The position numbers and the translations under genes are program-made. This document shows positions 58,146 to 64,000 of a stretch of 64,000 bases of DNA, piece after piece; position 1 is the stretch's first letter; every line of letters starts with the position of its first letter. The notes beneath the pieces were generated by a model, which had not been told where the DNA came from, did not search any database, and worked only from the letters and a program-made list of their open reading frames with translations. Source of the stretch: an uncultured Iamiaceae bacterium (GTDB lineage Bacteria; Actinomycetota; Acidimicrobiia; Acidimicrobiales; Iamiaceae); contig CAZCVS010000001.1 of assembly GCA_964501845.1 (NCBI GenBank), forward strand, positions 207 to 64,206, in the 5' to 3' direction.

Positions 58146-59303
58146 ATGAGCCGACGTTTGGTGCTGCGCCGGCGGACCGGACCGGCGCCCGCCCCCGTCG
58201 TATCGGCCATCGACACGTACCGGCAGGAGCGCAACACGCCTCACCGAGACAGCATCTGCAACGCACCGCTCACCAACCTGTACTTCCAGGCCGACGGCCG
58301 GGCCGCACCGTGCTGGCTCTACTTCCCCCGCAAGCCCCCGAGGTGGACGCCGGAGCGGTCCATCGCCGACATCTGGCAGGGGCCGGAACTGTCCAAGGTG
58401 CGGGCCGCGCTCGCGGAGGACCGCTTCATCGGGCGGTGCACCGAGTGCGAGCACGACATCCGCACCGGCAACGAGCCACTGGCCGCCGCCTACGACAACG
58501 ACCGGCCCATCGGCGACTGGCCGACGATGCTCGAGCTCGAGCTGTCGAACCTGTGCAACCTCGAGTGCGTGATGTGCAACGGGCTGCTCTCGTCGCGCAT
58601 CCGCAAGAACCGTGAGGGCCTCGAACCGCTCGATGTCCCCTACGACGAGACCTTCGTCGACCAGGTCACCGAACTGCTCCCCCACCTCCACGAACTGCGC
58701 ATCAACGGTGGCGAGCCCCTGCTCCAGCCCCTGGTGCACCTTCTGTGCCAGCGCGTCGCGGAGCATCGGCCGGATCTCCGGATCACCATCGCCACCAACG
58801 GCACGGTCATGAACCGCAAGGTCCGGGCCTTGATGGAGTCGTGCACACTCCACTTCAACGTCTCGATCGACTCGCTCCAGGCCGAGCGCTACGAGGGCAT
58901 CCGGGTCCATGCTGACTTCGCCAAGCTCATGGCCAACACCGCGGAGATCCACGACTACTGCCGGACCAACGACCGCACCCTATGCATCATGGTCAACCCC
59001 ATGCGGGAGAACTGGGAGGAGATGCCCGAGTTCATCCGGTGGTGCAACGAGCGGGATCTCCCCGTCTGGTTCAACACGATCCGCAATCCGGCGCACCTCG
59101 CCCTGCACTCCCTGCCGCGCGACCAGCTCGCCCACATCGCCGACTCCTGGCGCAACGAGTCGTTCCCCGACCCGGTTACGGACATGGAGCACCGCAACGC
59201 AGGCATCTTCGAGCAACTGGTCCACCAGGTGGAGACCTGGAGCAACGAGGCATCGGCCGAGCGGTCAAGCAGCGTGCCGGTCGCCCTGAAGCCCCGCCAG
59301 TAG
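58146..59303 (+). CDS. radical SAM protein with N-terminal SPASM/twitch-like domain
   Basis: CNAP...DG..APC...CTEC, then SNLCNLECVMC, GGEP and TNGT. Confidence 0.92.
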   Translation: MSRRLVLRRRTGPAPAPVVSAIDTYRQERNTPHRDSICNAPLTNLYFQADGRAAPCWLYFPRKPPRWTPERSIADIWQGPELSKVRAALAEDRFIGRCTECEHDIRTGNEPLAAAYDNDRPIGDWPTMLELELSNLCNLECVMCNGLLSSRIRKNREGLEPLDVPYDETFVDQVTELLPHLHELRINGGEPLLQPLVHLLCQRVAEHRPDLRITIATNGTVMNRKVRALMESCTLHFNVSIDSLQAERYEGIRVHADFAKLMANTAEIHDYCRTNDRTLCIMVNPMRENWEEMPEFIRWCNERDLPVWFNTIRNPAHLALHSLPRDQLAHIADSWRNESFPDPVTDMEHRNAGIFEQLVHQVETWSNEASAERSSSVPVALKPRQ

Positions 59304-59337
59304 CGGTCGAAGCCAGCCCGTCCTGTCCTGGCCGAGG

Positions 59338-61218
59338 TCAGGCGAGCTCGGCGACGAGGACCATGCTCGCCGCGCCGCGCCCCAAGGCCTCGGTGGAGGT
59401 CGGGATGACGAGCGCCTCCAGGCGGTTCGAGGTCCCGTCCGTGGCGATGAAGCCCACCTGGTAGAGGGCCGCACCATCGGCGGCTGCCGGCTCGGACTCG
59501 AAGACCACCATCTCGCCCAGCACGCCTCCCAGTACGCCGAGCAGGCCGTCGGCCGACGAGCCCACCGACTCGCCCAGCACCTTGCCCAAGGGGGTCGGGC
59601 CACAGCGCGCCTCCGCCACGCGTCCCATAGCGAGGTACAGCTCGTGACGATCGGGGTGCTCCTCTCGGAACGTGGCAAGCACCTGATCGAACAGCGCGGT
59701 GGGCGTCACGGCATCTTCGGCCGACTCAGCGAAGCAGTAGGCCTCGAACTCGACGAGCACGCCCTCGTCGTCGCGGACCGGGCTCAAGATGATCGATACG
59801 ACCGGCGCCGATTCGTCGGCGAAGCTCAGCCGCCAGCGCCGGACATCGGCGTGCTCGACGATGGGGTTGAAGATCTGGCAGCCGCCGTACACGTCACCGA
59901 ACGCGGCGGGCAGAGCCTCGATGGTCTCCCCCTCGTGGGCAGCGAGGTCGACGCCGAGGATCTCGGACGGACCCTCGAGGATGCCCACGATCTTGCTGTC
60001 GAGATCGACCTCCAGGTGGGTGGGATCGGCACCGAGCTCCGCGGCGATCGACCGGGCCCAATCGCCACCGGGCGACACGTCGGTTGCCATGAGCGGGAAG
60101 CCTTGGATGCCCAGGTAGTAATCGACGCCCTCGCCGCCCTGCAGGCCGGCGAGCCGGTGCTCGAGGCGCTCGAGCTGGTCCTTCCAGAGGCCGAGGTTCA
60201 GGTCCAGCTCGTCGCTCAGCGCGGCGTCCTCAGCCCGGTACCGGGCGATGATCTGCCGCAGCTTGGACGGCGGCAGGTGGAACATGCTCAGGGAGGTCGG
60301 GTACGTGACCGTATTGACGTAGCTGCGCAGCTGCTTGGCTTCGGCGTAGCGGAGGAAGTCGGGGAAGTCTTCCCAGTTCGACGTCATCAGGCAGTGGGCC
60401 AGGTTGACCGTGGTGCCGTGGGTGGCGGCATAGCCGCGGAACCGGTCGATGTTCTCCAGCACCACGTCGAGGTCCGAGCCGATCCGGATGGCCTCGTAGC
60501 CGGCCTTGTCGATGCCGTCGAGCGACACCACGATGGTCATCGGGAGCTTCTCGAGGATGCGCTGGACGCGAGGGCTCCACTGCGTGCCGTTGGTCGTGAC
60601 GTGCACCTCGGCGGTGGACCCCATCTCCACGAGCGTCTCCATCACCCGCAGCGACTCCTTGCCGAGGAAGGGCTCGCCACCGAGGATCTTGACGACCTCG
60701 ACGTGTTCCAGGAACGGCCGAAAGTCCTCGAAGAACTGGTCGTCGTAGACCACCGGCAGCGGTGGGCGGTGCTCCCGGTTGGCCCGGATGGCCGATGACC
60801 AGTCGCCGTTGCACATCACGCACTGCAGGTTGCAGGCGTTCGACATGGACAGCTCGAGCTGCTTGGGCCACCGCGGCGCGGTGGACTCGGCCTTGAGGTG
60901 GTCGAAGGTCCGGGCGAACACCAGGGCATCGTTGCCCTCGGCCACCTGCCACTTGCAGAACTGGCAGCCGAGATCGAGGTCCTGGGCGATCATGGCGTCG
61001 CGCAGCACCTTGGCCTGCTCGCCGTGCCAGATGTCCCGAAGGCGCTGCTCGGTGATGTTGCCCAGGGGGTGCTCGATGTTCTGGCAGCACGCCCGGATGC
61101 TCCCGTGCTGGTCGAGGTACATCGACGTGAAGGGCGCCCGGCACACGTTGGCGGGCAACGGACTGACATCGATCCGGCGACGGCGGAGCCGCACCGCCGC
61201 CTCTCGCACGCGTGCCAT
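59338..61218 (-). CDS. radical SAM protein with N-terminal SPASM/twitch-like domain and PAS-like C-terminal region
   Basis: CRAPF...G..RACC...CQFC, then SNACNLQCVMC and GGEP; C-terminal SPVRDDEG. Confidence 0.9.
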   Translation of the reverse strand: MARVREAAVRLRRRRIDVSPLPANVCRAPFTSMYLDQHGSIRACCQNIEHPLGNITEQRLRDIWHGEQAKVLRDAMIAQDLDLGCQFCKWQVAEGNDALVFARTFDHLKAESTAPRWPKQLELSMSNACNLQCVMCNGDWSSAIRANREHRPPLPVVYDDQFFEDFRPFLEHVEVVKILGGEPFLGKESLRVMETLVEMGSTAEVHVTTNGTQWSPRVQRILEKLPMTIVVSLDGIDKAGYEAIRIGSDLDVVLENIDRFRGYAATHGTTVNLAHCLMTSNWEDFPDFLRYAEAKQLRSYVNTVTYPTSLSMFHLPPSKLRQIIARYRAEDAALSDELDLNLGLWKDQLERLEHRLAGLQGGEGVDYYLGIQGFPLMATDVSPGGDWARSIAAELGADPTHLEVDLDSKIVGILEGPSEILGVDLAAHEGETIEALPAAFGDVYGGCQIFNPIVEHADVRRWRLSFADESAPVVSIILSPVRDDEGVLVEFEAYCFAESAEDAVTPTALFDQVLATFREEHPDRHELYLAMGRVAEARCGPTPLGKVLGESVGSSADGLLGVLGGVLGEMVVFESEPAAADGAALYQVGFIATDGTSNRLEALVIPTSTEALGRGAASMVLVAELA

Positions 61219-61327
61219 CAGATCCAACCCCCGGTCATCGGAGCCATGGTACGCCCCGCGCCTGTCGTTCACGCCCGACCAGGCGCGGCCGGGCGTCACC
61301 CGTGGCCGCTAGTAAGCTTGATCGGGC

Positions 61328-63118
61328 ATGCATGAACGAGGGGGATGGGGCGGGATGGACCGCAACCTGGCGCGCTGGTGGGGGCCGATCGCTCCCCTCG
61401 CCGCCTTCGCCCTCTGGCAGGCCTCGCTCGGCCGCACCTACCGCGGCACCGCCGCCATCGCCGTCGCGCTTGCCTGGATGATCGCCACCTCCTTCGCCAT
61501 CTGGCCACGGATCCGGTGGCTGCTGCCCGCCATCGCCCCGCTCCTCGCCGCCACCGTCCTCGGCCTCGCCTTCCTCCCCCGGCTGGCATCCGCGGCCGCG
61601 GTCGGCGGCAGCGCCGTCCTGGTGCTGTTCGCCGCAGGACTTACTCCCCACCGGGCGCTCGACGGACTCGTCCACGCCGTGGCCACCGCCCTGCGGGCCA
61701 TCGCGGGGGGCGCGGTCTTCGTCCTGCTCATCGTGCCCGCGTGGCTGTGGACCCGCCTGCGGCGTCGGAACCCGGTGCGCCCAGCCGACTCCGCCGCCCC
61801 CGCCTGGACGCCCACGGCCACGCACGTCGCCCGAGCGGGTTCCCTCTCCGCCGACACCGCCCCGCCGCAGCCCCGCCGTCGGCTGGCCGGCCGCCTCGCC
61901 TGGGGCTTCGGTTGCGTCGGGCTGATCCTGGCCGTCAACTACGGCACGGGGTGGCTGTGGGATCGAGCGTTCCCCACCACCGAGGCCGCCGTGGCGCCCG
62001 TTGACCCGCCCCCAGATAGCCCGCCCGACCCCATCACCGGCGAACTGCCCCGAGACCCGAGGGCGGATGTGCCCGCGATGGCGGCGTACCCCTGGCGGGA
62101 GCAGTACTTCGACGACATCCAACGCACGATCGGGGGGTACTGGCCGTTCACCGAGTACCGGCCGGCCGACTTCGCCAGCGCCTACCTCAACCTGGACGGC
62201 TGGATCCGCCGGAGCTACGAGCCGGCCGGCGATCCGCAGGACATGCCGACGCTGTGGATGTTCGGCGGGTCGACGACCTGGGGAGAGGGCCAGCGCGACG
62301 ATTACACGATCGCATCGTGGCTCGCTCGCCTGTCGGAGGAGGCAGGGACGCCCGTGCGGATCGACAACTACGGCCAACGGGCGTGGACCCACTTCCAGGA
62401 GATGGTGCTCTACGAGCAGCAGCTGGCTCTGCGACCCGCCCCCGACCTCGCCGTGTTCTACGACGGTGCCAATGAGCTCACCGCCCAGTCGATGGTCGAC
62501 GAGGCCGTCCCGACGCACGTGCATGCCCCCATCTACGCCCAGCGGCTCACCGGCACCACCTTCGCCACCCGGGTGGTCGAGGAGCCGGAGGATGACACCG
62601 ATCTCTGGCCGCTGGTCCACGACGCCTACCGATCGCACTCCGCCATCGACAAGATCATCGGCTGGTTCCAGGAGCGGGCGGACGCCGCACCGGCCCAGGC
62701 CCCAGATCCGGCACCGGCGGCGACGACGACCTCCAACCCCGAGACGGCCGCCGGCTTCACCGACGACCAGCAGATCGAGAACGGGAGCGTCACCCACTAC
62801 GACGTCCGGCTTCAGGACGGAACGGACGCCGGGAAGGTGTACGAGCGAGGCAAGGCGCTCACCCGGGCCGTCTCCCGCACGAAGGACGTCGACACCTTCT
62901 TCTTCTGGCAGCCGATGGCGTTCGACGGCGAGGCCGAGAAGCGTGCCCGCGCGGAGCTCAGCAGATCTACCATTGACATCAGCGACGCACTCCGCGACCA
63001 CCCGGAGGTGTTCATCGACGGCGGGCACACCAACGAAGAGGGCGCTCGGATCGTGGCCGAGCGCATCTGGAAGAGCATCGCCCCCGCCGTGGAGAAGTGG
63101 CATGACCAGCACGACTGA
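61328..63118 (+). CDS. SxtJ-like membrane segment + SGNH-type protein
   Basis: TM N-terminus with VFVLLIVP..RRRNPV...AW, then FGGSTTWG, FYDGANE and DGGHTN; start may be 61355. Confidence 0.8.
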   Translation: MHERGGWGGMDRNLARWWGPIAPLAAFALWQASLGRTYRGTAAIAVALAWMIATSFAIWPRIRWLLPAIAPLLAATVLGLAFLPRLASAAAVGGSAVLVLFAAGLTPHRALDGLVHAVATALRAIAGGAVFVLLIVPAWLWTRLRRRNPVRPADSAAPAWTPTATHVARAGSLSADTAPPQPRRRLAGRLAWGFGCVGLILAVNYGTGWLWDRAFPTTEAAVAPVDPPPDSPPDPITGELPRDPRADVPAMAAYPWREQYFDDIQRTIGGYWPFTEYRPADFASAYLNLDGWIRRSYEPAGDPQDMPTLWMFGGSTTWGEGQRDDYTIASWLARLSEEAGTPVRIDNYGQRAWTHFQEMVLYEQQLALRPAPDLAVFYDGANELTAQSMVDEAVPTHVHAPIYAQRLTGTTFATRVVEEPEDDTDLWPLVHDAYRSHSAIDKIIGWFQERADAAPAQAPDPAPAATTTSNPETAAGFTDDQQIENGSVTHYDVRLQDGTDAGKVYERGKALTRAVSRTKDVDTFFFWQPMAFDGEAEKRARAELSRSTIDISDALRDHPEVFIDGGHTNEEGARIVAERIWKSIAPAVEKWHDQHD

Positions 63119-63404
63119 GCCCGCCCACGAGTCCGAGGATCCCGCGGCGCCTCCTGAGCGATCGACGGTGAGCGCCGGTGCTCCGGCCCGTCACCAGCCG
63201 GTCGCGTCCACCAAGCTGGGGTTCTTCCTGCGGTGCCGGATGCGCACCCGCCACACGCTGGCCCTCAGCCGCGAGGTCCGGCGCCACGGCGTCGAGCAGC
63301 GCCTGTGGTGGCTGTTGCCCCTGTTCGTGGTGATCGTCCTCCTCGCTGCCGCCATCAGCACCACCACGACCGCGCTTCCCGTCGCCGTGTACACCCTCTT
63401 TTGA
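63102..63404 (+). CDS. DUF5989 / SxtK-like small membrane protein
   Basis: WWLLP + TM helix + YTLF stop; start uncertain (63102 or 63240). Confidence 0.8.
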   Translation: MTSTTEPAHESEDPAAPPERSTVSAGAPARHQPVASTKLGFFLRCRMRTRHTLALSREVRRHGVEQRLWWLLPLFVVIVLLAAAISTTTTALPVAVYTLF

Positions 63405-64000
63405 TGGCCACCTCCTCCAGCCGCCCCGGGCCGATCACGATCCTGGGCCTCAGCGCTCTGTACCACGACGCCGCCGCCGCACTCATCGTCGATGGTGAGA
63501 TCGTGGCCGCCAGCCAGCAGGAGCGCTTCAGCCGGACCAAGCACGACGCCGCCATGCCGATCGATGCCATCGCCCACTGCCTCGCCGAAGGCGACGTGCG
63601 CCCCGACGGGATCACCGCCGTGGCGTACTACGACAAACCGCTGACCACGTTCGTCCGCGTCCTCAAGAGCTTCGTGGCGGCTGGTCCCCGCGGCATCCGC
63701 ACCTTCCCCCGGGCCATGTCCGAGTGGTCCAAGCACAAGCTCTGGACCTCGCTCGAGATCGAGCGCTCCGTCCGCAGCCTCGGCTACGCCATGCCGGAGG
63801 ACCTCTACTACGCGGAGCACCACGTCAGCCACGCCGCGGCAGCCTTCTACCCCTCGCCGTTCGAGCGGGCTGCCATCGTCACCATGGACGGCGTGGGCGA
63901 GTGGGCCACCAGCTCGATCGGCGCCGGCCGGGGCCGCACGGTCGAGCTGCTCCAGGAGCAGCGCTTCCCGGATTCGCTGGGCCTGCTCTACTCCGCGTTC
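63404..64000 (+). CDS. second O-carbamoyltransferase, 5' part (runs off window end)
   Basis: My translation: MATSSSRPGPITILGLSALYHDAAAAL...QERFSRTKHD...EHHVSHA...DGVGEW; TGATG overlap with the DUF5989 gene. Confidence 0.94.
   Translation, partial: MATSSSRPGPITILGLSALYHDAAAALIVDGEIVAASQQERFSRTKHDAAMPIDAIAHCLAEGDVRPDGITAVAYYDKPLTTFVRVLKSFVAAGPRGIRTFPRAMSEWSKHKLWTSLEIERSVRSLGYAMPEDLYYAEHHVSHAAAAFYPSPFERAAIVTMDGVGEWATSSIGAGRGRTVELLQEQRFPDSLGLLYSAF

Noticed and set aside
32353..61218. RiPP (ranthipeptide/sactipeptide) cluster based on SPASM radical SAMs
   Set aside because: No credible precursor ORF, peptidase or peptide exporter was found; the neighbours are glycan-related.
51499..64000. Saxitoxin biosynthesis cluster
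   Set aside because: Only sxtI/J/K/L-like accessory genes are present; there is no sxtA PKS-like or amidinotransferase gene in the window.
1..64000. Mobile genomic island or prophage
   Set aside because: No integrase, transposase, tRNA/att site or visible compositional shift was seen within the window.

Overview
High-GC actinobacterial DNA; the ribosomal protein L3 N-terminus at the left edge looks Acidimicrobiia-like (inference). After the 5' end of rplC, which has its own promoter and leader and no rpsJ upstream, almost the whole window is one dense biosynthetic/surface-modification locus that continues past the right edge. It encodes a Wzt/Wzm glycan exporter, GT2/GT4/GT8-like and GT-C-like glycosyltransferases, and amino-sugar enzymes (epimerase, DegT, WecD-like acyltransferase). 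Tailoring enzymes include AsnB, two O-carbamoyltransferases each paired with a DUF5989/SxtK-like micro-protein, five membrane-anchored SGNH-type proteins (three with SxtJ-like segments), seven radical SAM enzymes (3 cobalamin-binding, 4 with N-terminal SPASM/twitch), five PhyH-type dioxygenase domains (one fused to a P450), a second P450, an Asp/Asn beta-hydroxylase and an arylsulfotransferase. A UbiA-glycosyltransferase-methyltransferase triple fusion is coupled to a single-domain class II terpene-cyclase-like gene. Many genes carry leaderless-type -10 boxes. I saw no RNA genes, CRISPR arrays, transposases or integrases. All family calls come from reading motifs by eye, not from database searches.
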